Source of the DNA: Octopus vulgaris
Lineage: Eukaryota
DNA length: 64,000 nucleotides
NCBI GenBank assembly: GCA_951406725.2
Contig: OX597830.1
Coordinates: forward strand, 57,598,001 to 57,662,000
Direction of reading: 5' to 3'
Positions 53,392 through 64,000 of this stretch are shown here, piece after piece. Made by a program: the position numbers and the translations under genes. The notes under the pieces are model-generated. The model made no database searches, was not told the DNA's origin, and worked only from the letters and a program-made list of their open reading frames with translations. Numbering within the stretch: the first letter of the stretch is position 1; every line of letters begins with the position of its first letter.

Positions 53392-53621
53392 CAGAGCTGG
53401 CCAAAAGTTACCTGACAGTAAATCAAAACCATTTAATTCCAAAATTTATCTTTGTTTAACAAGTGAATTTAATAAAAAGCATCTAAATATAAAACATCAT
53501 GAAAATTGTTCGAACTGAAGTCCTTCTTGAGCAACACATTTTCCCATTCAAGTCAATATAGAACTACGGATAGTATTTATGGAATTTTGATTTACTATCT
53601 GGTGACTTTTGGCCAACTCTG
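53392..53621. mobile_element. Tc1/mariner-type MITE, 230 bp, TA TSD
   Basis: TA|CAGAGCTGGCCAAAAGTTACC...AGTAAATCAAAA and TTTTGATTTACT...GGTGACTTTTGGCCAACTCTG|TA. Confidence 0.88.
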
Positions 53622-53730
53622 TATGTGTGTGTGTGTGCGTGCGCGCGTATATAATAATATATATATATGCATATATACATGTACATACATCTATACATAC
53701 ATACATTATATATATATATATACACACACA

Positions 53731-53903
53731 CTTTATTTCAAAACAGCAGAAAATTCAACAAAACCTATTACTCTGAGTTTCACGTTCCCGTTCGGACAGT
53801 TTTTGCTAGAATCGGACAGGTTTTGTTGAATTTTCTGCTGCTTTGAAATAAAGCATATTACTCTACCCCTGGTATTTGAGTACTCTTTTTTCCACCTTTA
53901 CTC

Positions 53904-53906
<3 letters not shown>
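53731..53906. mobile_element. Inverted Penelope-like pLTR fragments inserted in (TA)n
   Basis: 36-bp inverted repeat (35/36) at 53731-53766 / 53818-53853 enclosing a decayed hammerhead-like motif. Confidence 0.55.
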
Positions 53907-53953
<47 letters not shown>

Positions 53954-54123
53954 AGACAGAGGATATCACAAAACGTGTGCAACAAGAAATTACAAAGTAC
54001 GAGTACATGGAATATGAACTATTTTTTTAAACAACAAAAGACATGGAAAACAAGACAAACAACACAAAGAACGACCCTTCATCAGTTGTTGGTTGTTTTT
54101 CTACTCTCGTATTTCAAGCATTT

Positions 54124-54162
<39 letters not shown>

Positions 54163-54193
54163 GTATATACACAGATAGATAGTTAAACATAGA

Positions 54194-54460
54194 TGTGAAG
54201 GCATGTGACCAAGTGGTTAAGGAACTGCTAGATCATGAGTTCGATTCCCAACCTGGACAGCACATAGTGTTTCTTGAGCAACTTCATTTCATGTTGCTCC
54301 AGTCCACTCAGCTGTAAATGGGTCCCCCTGTGATGCAATAGCCTTCCAATGGAGGGGGGCTCCTTTCTTAGCCAGAGGATGGCATCACTAGAAAGCTAAA
54401 TGCAAAACCCATTGTGACCAGTGATGTATAACATCCAAAAGTCTGGTGAATACTGTGACA
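54194..54460 (+). mobile_element. tRNA-derived SINE, third family
   Basis: tgaccaagtggttaagg...gagttcgattcc head followed by ccagtccactcagctgtaaatgggt core. Confidence 0.65.
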
Positions 54461-54844
54461 TACATGTACATAAGGGGCCACTTTTATTCTATGTTTATAA
54501 AGGGAATGTTTAATCTAAGTAGATAAAAAAGCCATAATTCATTATATGTTGAACACAAGTGTTAAATCAAATTACAAAACACTGACAAAATTGGAGAAAA
54601 TTCTGAAATGCATATGTAATAAAATAACAGTTTGATTAAGTATTTAATTCTGAGCTAATTAACATACGAACAGGGATTTTTGCAAACATCAACTGTGAAC
54701 TTAATACTGAAAGCAGATTCACTTTTAGGTTCAATACAATTTTCAGTAATAATTGAAACAAGCTTCATTAAAAGCAATAATTTAAAAACTGATAAATTAA
54801 AAATTGGTATCAATAACATATTAGAGAACTTAAAAAAACAAACC

Positions 54845-54895
<51 letters not shown>

Positions 54896-55179
54896 ATTGA
54901 GTTGTTTACTGTAAAATAATTTTTCAAGATAAAAAATATTCACAAATTCCATCTATTTCTTTTGTAGCAGGATGTGAGAGCTAGCGTATTGTTCATGCCA
55001 AGTTCTGGACCATTTCAAATGGTGAAGTGTATATTTGATATCTTACAAGACTGACTAAGCATCTGAACAAGTAAAGAAAATGAGGGTGGAGTAATTTCTT
55101 TACTTTTAAATGAACCAGATTCCTAGATTGACATTTTTATCATTTTATTTAACAGGATTGGATGACTTTTAAAGTTTAT

Positions 55180-55520
55180 AGGCATGGCTGTGTAATGAGA
55201 AGTTCACTTCCCAACCACATAGTTCCAGGTTCAGTCCCACTGCATGGCACCTTGGTCAAGTGTCTTCTATTATAGCTTTGTGAGCAGATTTGGTAGATAG
55301 AAACTGAAAGAAATCCATCATGAACACATTTGCATATTAAGCAAGTGTGTTTTTGTTTGTCTCCCTCACCCCAGCACTTGACACCTGGTGTTGGTATGTT
55401 TATGTCCTTGTATCTTAGAAGTTCAACAAAGGAGACTGATAGAATAAGTATGACACTTTAAAAAGTAAGCCTTGGGGCCAATTTGTTTGACAGTGCCCCA
55501 GAATTATGTCTACAGACTAA
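55180..55520 (+). mobile_element. tRNA-derived SINE family 1
   Basis: ggcatggctgtg...ggttcagtcccactgcatggcacc. Confidence 0.85.
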
Positions 55521-56277
55521 TGAGTGAAAGATAAAAGATAGAAGACAAATCTCAAATTCATTACAGTAAAATGTACTTATTAATTAATGCCAACCACTCA
55601 ACTATGAAATTAGTGATCCTTGATAGCTACGCAGACCTCTATACAGTTATGTAATTTACCAAAATAACTGTGATAACAATTGACCATGTGATTAGTAAAT
55701 AAATGGTCCAGCACTTTAACTGAGCCTTTGCTGAATCTCACAAATGAAGAACTTTAATACTAACAAGCATTTAATCTCTTGCATTCTTTCATTTCCAGCA
55801 GATGCCTTCTGATTTGTTTCACTAAGGTTAGTTATTTTACCAAAAATTAAGTTATTAGTTTGTAATTATCCTGATTGTGATTTAACTACCTGTTATGTCG
55901 AACAGCTTAATGAAAACTTTTAAGTGCTTAATTAGATGTGGTTAAGAATTTCAAGATTATATTACATAATATAAAAATTGGACCAGGGAATCAAACCTTA
56001 TATATCCTTTAAAGTTAATCATAGAAGTAAAACAAAATTCCAGGCACTTTTTAAATTGACATCAAAATTTAACATTTTTAACTTTAATGATAAACTGAAA
56101 GTTATGAAAATTTCAATGAAAATGCAAATTAAATTGTTTCAAAATCACATCATATAGTGATCAAAGTTTTTTCATTATGCAATTACTAAAAGGGGCAAAC
56201 ATTTGTGAAGCTGGTCTCCCATCTATGTTATCTCAGGATCAGTCGCCCTGTGCAGTGCTTTGGGTAAGTGTCTACTA

Positions 56278-56490
56278 TGAAGGGAAGCTGAAAAGTTCAT
56301 GGCTTTAAGGGTATCATGAAAGGCCTGGTTGGGGGCCCAACCTTCCAAGTTCTTTTACAGGGCTTAGAAAGATTGAAGGACCACTGCAATATATGTGTGA
56401 ACCTAAGAGGGAAACATGTTCAATTAAATCAATACTAGTCCTCCTGTGTTTTCTTTTACCCAAGCCCAGGAACTTTTCAGAACCCCCTTA
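56278..56490 (+). mobile_element. Mariner-derived MITE inserted at a TA inside a family-1 SINE
   Basis: TA|TGAAGGGAAGCTGAAAAGTTCATGG ... CCAGGAACTTTTCAGAACCCCCTTA|TA; C-terminal remnant FLQGLERLKDHCNICVNLRG; the SINE resumes after the element. Confidence 0.75.
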
Positions 56491-59400
56491 TACTAGCTCT
56501 GGGTAGACAAAGGCCTTGCGATTGGATTTGGTAGAGAGAAATTGAAAGAAGCCCATCATCTGTCTTCCTACATGTATATATATATGTCAAGTCTCCTTGA
56601 CTTGACTTAATATGACAGAAGTAAATGAATGTCCTTTCTTTCCAATCTTCCATGAAAACATGTCTAGACTGAGGAAATATTACCTTACTTGCAAACAAGT
56701 GGGTTGATAACAGGAATGGCATCCAGCTATAGAAAATCTGTCATAAACTCCATTTAATCCATGCAAGAATGGGAAAATGGACATTAAATGATGATGAGAG
56801 AGAGAGAATACTTTTATAAACAAACTTAGAAGCACCAAGTGGGTTGGTAGTTTACAGGAAATAAAGTAAATCTCAAATGTGAAATAGCTGTGAAAACAGC
56901 CTAGAAAACTGGGTAAATACTCCAAGAAGACAGAAAAAAGTTGCCAGAGGGTGGCTACAGAGAATCTGATCCTGTGCATCATGGGTATTGGCTGAGCATG
57001 CTGTACCATCTAAACATTTTGTTTCTTTTGGTGTTATTTCAATATTCCAGCTTAAAGGGGTTTGCATTCTTATATTTAAGGCATCCATTTATTTGTCTCA
57101 AGTTGCACTACTTTCCATTTAAAGCAGCAATAGTGTTTGGAGATCCTTTTCATACAATGTATTTTCCAAAAGGCAACTTGGTTAATATAACCCTTCAGGC
57201 TCAAAATAGTATGCAAAAGACGAAGATAGCCCTTTCTGACTGAATATTGCTTAAATTATTCTAAATGGTGATCAACATGTTAATTACAACAGTGAATTTA
57301 TTTTAACATCTTCAGAACAGAACCAGCTCTCTTTTCCATAACATCTATAGAGGCTAAACTTTTAAAAGCATGCAAATAATGCTTTCCAACCATTGAAGTT
57401 CTGGGTTTGATCTCAATGCACAGGAACTTGGACAAGTGTTTTCTTCTGTAGTTTCAAATCAACAAAATTGTGTGAATTGAATTTGGTAGACAGAAACTAT
57501 AAGCTTGTCGGATCTACTGCCTAACTGAACATCAACACCTGGCCTTTAAATGTCTTTAGTAGAGTGCATCCTGTTGCAGGCATGTAATTTGGTCTCTTCC
57601 TTCTAGTCAGAGAGGATTTGAAAGGGGCCAAAAGCAGTCACCTTCCACCTTTTAAACACACACACAACTTTAGAACATTATTTTAAAGTCTTAAGAATAA
57701 CATAACATTCACAGTATTAAATTTAACAAAATTCATTTTTGTTTTGATTGGAACTTTAAATTTGACTTAAGTCCGAGTCAAAATGAATATAGTAAAAGAG
57801 TGCTGTGAGTGTGGAAGCACACAGGTGTGCTGGCATGCACGTGCACCCATTCATCCAGCTCTACAATTCTTTTCCCCATACTAGCACAGGTTAGAGGAAC
57901 ACTTACTGAAATAGATTTTCTCTGGTTGAATGCTTGTCTATCACTAGGCTTTAACTATTTTCCAAACATTCCCCTCGCCCTTACTGTCATTGCATGAGAA
58001 CACAAACAATGACATTCATGCACACACAAACTTTTACACAGAAGACTAACACAGTATGTGTGTGTGTGCACTTGTTTGAGAGAGAAGGGAGATTCTTCTC
58101 ACAAAGTATTGATCAGACAGACAATATTAGTAGAAAATACCCAACATGTAGTGCAGTTGGACTAAACTCAGAGCCACGTGGTTGCAAAGTAAATCTCATA
58201 ACCACATAGCTATACCCATGGATGCATATATCACTGGTTGGGTAACTAGCTGATGTATTAGTATTGATAGAGATCAGCTGATACACTTAAGCACTTGCTT
58301 AAGGACTTTTCAAGCCTATGGCCTTTCTTATAGGTGACAGAATGGTTAAGATAGGAACTCGGAATACAAGAGGAACAAATGCTGCAGTGTATTTTTCAAC
58401 ATTCCACTATGTTGAATTGGTACTGTATCAACCCTGAAAGGATGAAAAGCAAAATTCACCTACATGAGATTTTTTCAAAATAATTAAGTAGTCACATTTA
58501 TTTTTCTTTGTAATAACATTTTAAATCTATTGTTTTTTCCTCCTTTAAATCACTGATATAGAAAATTACAGTATAATTCTCAGAATGACATTCTGTATTA
58601 CATGAACAAATTCCACTTGAACAGGTAATGAAGGCAAGAATTTAGCAAATTTTTTTAAAGTAATTACTAACTGATTTAGAGCAAGGTTATACAAACTGAA
58701 GATGATATCAGCACAAGATGACATATGTCAAAATGAATGCAGCAAACAGAGGCTCTATAATAAAAGTATCAGCAAAGCCAATTGTTGTACCAGCTTCTCC
58801 TCCTCCTACAATCACTCCCACTGTAAAACTGTATGCCTTCCCCAGAGACTGCACACACAATACCCCCTTTTTCCCTATCCTCCCTCTCATCACTTACAAA
58901 TGAATCTAAACATTAATCACACTAACCTTACCTTAGAGAATGTATTAAAAAAAATGAGCTGGACCATTTTGTAAAATTTTTAAATTTGCATTTGAAATGA
59001 GGGAAATATTTTTTAGTCATCTCTTTCCAAATTCTAACAAATCAAATTACAAAGTAGGAATATCATTTATTTTCAAGTACTGCACCAGTACCTCAAAAGC
59101 CCAGTCCCTGTTCAATCAAAGTTCAAATTATAAACTACATTGTAGCTGGACAGAGTGTATAACAATTCATTATTTCAGCCTGTTCTTGGATGATGTCAGA
59201 GATCAAAGTTAAAGATCTGGGTTTGTTATACTAGCAATTCACCAATAACACATTCAGGTCTCTCCTTTAACCTACTTCAGACAATTAACATTGAACTTTT
59301 AGCATTTTCTCATTTGGTTATTATCTTTCCATTTCATTTGTTTTTATAACCAGTGTTTCAATCTTGCAAATCTTTAATCTTTACACAATTTGTCAGCAGT

Positions 59401-59893
59401 TTATTCCAAATTAGATTTTTAATATCCTGCAATGGTTTCTCACTCATCAGAAAACCAATTTGTCACAGAGAAAGTAATGAATCAATGGATTCCAAAATCT
59501 GCAGAAACGAGAGCCAACATTGGCACCATTTAACCACTGACCATTACACACATTTAACTTGGGTTAGGGTTAATACAGCCATTAGCAAAACTCAGCAACT
59601 TCAACTGAACTCATCCAATCTATTATCCAAGCATCATAGTGTAGAAAGTAAAACTATATCAATCTGAAAAAATAACCATTTCAATGTAACTTTCCTTGTT
59701 TTAGAGTATTAGCATACCTGTCTAGAAATACAAATGCTCTTTACCAAAATAACATGGCTCCTCACATTTGCATATCCTAATGGTTTTGTAGAATGGTGGA
59801 AGAGTTTGCAGGCCATATTTGCAGTACATAACTAAAAATGATTTTATGACAAAGCCCTTACAATGAAATTAAAACAAGAGCTGTTTTGGTAGG

Positions 59894-59897
<4 letters not shown>

Positions 59898-59981
<84 letters not shown>
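59898..59981. repeat. (TA)n(GA)n compound microsatellite
   Basis: Direct inspection. Confidence 0.95.
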
Positions 59982-59986
<5 letters not shown>

Positions 59987-61636
59987 GATTGCATTCTCAT
60001 TGCAGAACAGAATCAATCAAGAAAATTTAGAAATTTTTGAGAATCTTAAATTTAAATGCTTAAAAAATGAACAAAAGGTGTGCTTCAAAAAGTTTTGTAA
60101 GTGCTTGGTTCTGATTTTGGTCTTAGTGGTATTTACTCTGCAATGAGGTAACTCCCTAAAAATAGACACAACTCAAGGTAAACCCAACCTTTTAAAAAAA
60201 GGACAAAGATCAATAAATTGGGTACTAAAATATGCACAACCAATATAATTTGTTAAAACCCTTGAAAACAATACCCTAGTATGGCCACATTCCAATCACT
60301 AAAACCAGTATGAAAATAAGATATATCTTGACATTCAGAAAAAAACCATTTGATTTATAGATCAATAATATTACTAGAGCTGGAGAGGAAAATCTAGTCT
60401 TAGAAGCCCTCGTGTGTGACTTTCTGAAACAATTCTTACTTCAATAAAATTCTATTTGCAAAAATGTATACAGAACTACTTTAACTTGTCTTTAATGTGG
60501 GTTTCAAATACAAATAGGTTTATCAGTTGTCAACTAGAGCCTAGAGTAGCTAGACATTTAATGACCTGCTATTACTGATGATACAGAGAATTTCTTTTCA
60601 TCAAATATACAGGTTATATGATGAGGTGGAGAGACTTCATGTCACACAGAACAAGATGGAGAAAACTGAAAGTTCTTAGCAGACAAATAGGAAGAGAAAT
60701 GTCTTCTATACTTGTGATGTTAAATAAGTTGATAAGGTGATGCATGAAGATTATAATGGTATGAGAATCAATAATAAAAAACTGACTAAAAACTCAATGT
60801 AAAATAAGTAGAGAAAGAGGAACCAGATTAAAGCAGATCTGTCCATACCAATGAATTACAGAGATTATAATTCATCTTCCATTTGTCCAGATGAAGAACA
60901 GCTCCCATGATCTTTGCCAGATCTCTCATGATAGTGAAGAAGTGGGGGAAAGACCACAACCAATGGGTTGATACAGTTGAAAGCAACACATCAAAATGTT
61001 GCACTCAATCCTCGGACTGGAGACAGTCTGAATGACTGCAACTAAATGGACTCTGCTAAAGACACCCATCAGTCCAATGGTGACATTACAGTAATCAACA
61101 GATTAGTTCTACAGTTTGATGGCTTCTGCACTTTCTAGGCCACAGTAGAAAACACATGCCCATACTGTGCATGTGGAATGAAACCCAGAACCATCCGATT
61201 GCAAAATGAACTTAAAAATAAAAGCAACAGGCTGGACAGGATTAAGTTTAGAAATATACAGAAGTTACGAATTTTAACAGTGAAAGAGTAACTGATCAGA
61301 AGAAATCCAAATTACATCAGTATGGAAAATCAAGAATAACCCTGAACAGTTTTTTAAAAAGTTTGATGTAATGATACGTTGAAATTGTTTAAACATCAAC
61401 CTTGCAGTATTCAGCAGCTCTTTATCTCTGACTTTAAATTTCCTTAAAGTTCAACTTTGCTTTTCATCCTTCTGGGCAAAATAGAATTAAATCCCAGTCA
61501 GGTTGATTTAAATACTCTTGTAAAGCATCATAGATGTGAATGGAATTATAATAGATGTATTTGATGACATAAATCCAACTCTTTATTTCAGCAGGGAATA
61601 AACGAGAAACAAGAGATTTTGATGAGTGTTAAAATA

Positions 61637-63265
61637 CAGTGGCGGCCAAAATGTTCAGAACGGCATTGTTTTCATCAGAAAAGTAGATATAATTTTTTAT
61701 CAAAGTTGTTTTATATTCTATAATTTTCACAGACAATAAATACGATATTATTTGTTATTGCCTGAGATTTTGGTGTAATTTGAGAGGATAATACAAAAGT
61801 TATGGATGATTTAGTGATTTACTGCAAAACCCATGGCGGCCAAAATGATCAGAACAGTTGCTTTTACTCCATGTTTTAGTATATTTAACCGGCAAACTCT
61901 AATGTTTTGAATTTGTTTACGTGACGGTTCGTTTACTAAACATTAGTAAAAATATTTGCAGTGTACTTTGTTAATATAATGCCACTTACTCCATTACCAA
62001 TTCGTCAGCAGATTATAAAGCTTCGAAGGAAAGATAATTTAAGTATTGGATCTATTGCAAAGATTGTTAACAAGTCAAAAAGTAATGTACACGGTATTCT
62101 TAAGGTCTACGATGATTGTGGTTCGTGTGAAGCAAGAAAGTTTACAGGTAGGCCAAGAAAAACGACCAAGAGAGAAGATCGTGCTATGGTAAAGTTGGTT
62201 AAAAGGGACAGATTTAAAACTGCTGCTGCTGTTTCTCGGAAAATGAGCATTGTATTAAAGAAAACTTTATCTCGAAAAACTGTCTCGTCGTTTAGTTGAA
62301 CATGACCTACAAGCAAGAGAACCTGCAGTGAAGCCACTGATCAGCTCCAAGAATAAAAAGTGTCGTCTTACCTTTGCAAACAAACATGTGTTGAGGTCTC
62401 AAGAAAAATGGCAAACGGTGCATTTCAGTGATGAATCTAAATTTATGTTATTTGGCTCAGATGGGAAAAGGTACGTTCGAAGAAAAGTAGGTGAAAAATT
62501 GTTGCCTAAATGCCTTAAGACTAGTGTTAAATTCGGTGGAGGAAGTGTCATGGTTTGGGGAATGATATCTGGAGATGGTGTGGGCCCTTTGGTGCAATTA
62601 CATGGAAAGTTAAATGCAGGAGTTTATAAACAACTTGTAAAAGATCCTGTCTTGCCTGTGCTGAGAAATTCAACTAAGCGACCACCCATATTCATGCAGG
62701 ACAATGCCCCATGTCACAAGGCTAAGGTGGTCATGAACTTCATGAAGGCTGAAAAGGTTATTGTTATGGATTGGCCAGCTCAAAGCCCAGATCTCAATCT
62801 TATTGAAAATGTATGGAATATTCTAGAACGTTCGAAAGCCAGAAATCCTAAAACAACTGAGCAATTATGGAATGCCCTTCAGGAAGAATGGAATAAGATC
62901 ACCCAGCAAGAAATTGAAAATTTAATTTCTCATGCAGTCAAAGATGTCAAAGTGTGATTGAAGCTAAAGGGCTTCACACTAAATATTAAATAATTCCAGT
63001 ATTCTCTGTCATTTTTTATTATTTTGTTATTTTTTCAACCATTCTGATCATTTTGGCCGCCATGGGTTTTGCAGTAAATCACTAAATCATCCATAACTTT
63101 TGTATTATCCTCTCAAATTACACCAAAATCTCAGACAATAACAATACAATATTATATTCTATTTATTGTCTGTAAAAATTATAGAATATAAAACTACTTT
63201 GATAAAAATTTATACTTACTTTTCTGACGAAAACAATGCCGTTCTGAACATTTTGGCTGCAAATG
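61637..63265 (+). mobile_element. Full-length Tc1-family transposon (1629 bp), IR/DR type, TA TSD
   Basis: TA|CAGTGGCGGCCAAAATG ... CATTTTGGCTGCAAATG|TA; ~225-bp TIRs (61637-61860, 63036-63265), each with two TGGCGGCCAAAATG(T/A)TCAGAA-type repeats. Confidence 0.95.
61979..62989 (+). pseudogene. DD34E Tc1 transposase with two frameshifts (~62283 and ~62930)
   Basis: GRPRKTT, FSDESKF, GGGSVMVWG, QDNAPCH, SPDLNLIENVW (34 residues between D and E); C-terminus RCQSVIEAKGLHTKY* in a shifted frame. Confidence 0.93.
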
Positions 63266-63818
63266 TATATAACTAAAGTATACAGAAAAAAAATTGATAT
63301 TTTGTTTCTGAAAGTATCAGTAATGATGATGATGATGATGAATGAGTTTGACATGGTAAAGATACAGCGAGGAAACAGCTGTGTATCTCAGAGCTACAAC
63401 AGAGCAAGGAAAGTGAAAACAGGTAGGTCTATTAGATAACCAAGGAAGGTGGCCAAAAAAATACTAACCCCCAACTCATCATAGCATTTCCGTACAACAA
63501 AAAATTTATGTATAGATAACATGGAAAAATCTTTAAAACAAAAATGGGAATTTACAAGTTGAAAGAGTTAAAATTTGTATATCAAGACTTGAAATGAAAT
63601 CTAATATACTAACCAGCTTTGTTTTTATTTTTCACACCATTTAAATATATCTTTGCACCCTATTCTTACATGTAGATCAATAGATATACCAAAAAAGTTC
63701 ATAAAAAAACAAAACCAGTCACAAAAAATTTTTATCAAAAAAGCTTAACTGAATATCACAAAAAATTAGAACAAGTCATCAAAAGTCTAGTCACATATCC
63801 AAAGAAAGTAACCAAGAG

Positions 63819-64000
63819 TTAGCTGTGTGGTAAGAAGCTTGCATCCCAACCACATGGTTCTGGGTTCAGCCCCACTGTATGGCATCTTGGGTAAGTGTCT
63901 TCTACCATAGCCTTGGGCCAACCAAAACCTTGTGAGTGGATTTGGTAGATGGAAACTGAAAGAAGCCTGTCATATATGTGTGTGTGTGTGTCCACCATCA
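63819..64000 (+). mobile_element. tRNA-derived SINE family 1, cut by the window end
   Basis: gctgtgtggtaagaagcttgc...gggttcagccccactg...gtgagtggatttggtagatggaaactgaaagaagcc. Confidence 0.9.

Noticed and set aside
54075-54092. CTGATGA on the minus strand in a repeat flanked by (TA)n
   Set aside because: No correctly placed stem II or GAAA follows
54945-55080. Acceptor-like sites on both strands and C/D-box-like words
   Set aside because: No matching donor, ORF or terminal stem; cannot be supported
58702-58974. Cluster of short overlapping ORFs
   Set aside because: Short, motif-free and without splice signals; consistent with chance
63462-63530. TGGGG|gttagt on the minus strand, in the right phase for the missing first CK2alpha exon
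   Set aside because: It translates INFLLYGNAMMSWG, with no resemblance to YWDYESHVVEWG

Overview
AT-rich, microsatellite- and transposon-dense eukaryotic DNA; the SINE and RTE families point to an octopus (coleoid cephalopod) genome. The only host gene I can support is a casein kinase II alpha catalytic subunit (CK2alpha/CSNK2A-like) on the minus strand: five internal coding exons (112, 102, 51, 60 and 84 bp, human residues ~34-170) with canonical GT/AG sites. The first coding exon was not found in the 42.6 kb upstream and the 3' exons lie left of the window, so nearly all of the window is probably intronic. That DNA holds tRNA-derived SINEs, RTE/CR1/L2/Hero LINE fragments, Penelope-like elements, mariner relics and MITEs, a near-complete IR/DR Tc1 element, a deleted piggyBac with MITEs, HINE/Helitron-like elements and very long (TA)/(TG) tracts. 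The best leads are (1) a ~540 bp non-coding element with a 325-bp terminal redundancy and a near-canonical minimal hammerhead ribozyme (retrozyme/Penelope-like), plus two decayed hammerheads elsewhere, and (2) substitutions clustered on the CK2beta-binding surface of the kinase. There is no prokaryote-type system (CRISPR, operon). Repeat boundaries were read by eye and are approximate unless TIRs/TSDs are quoted.
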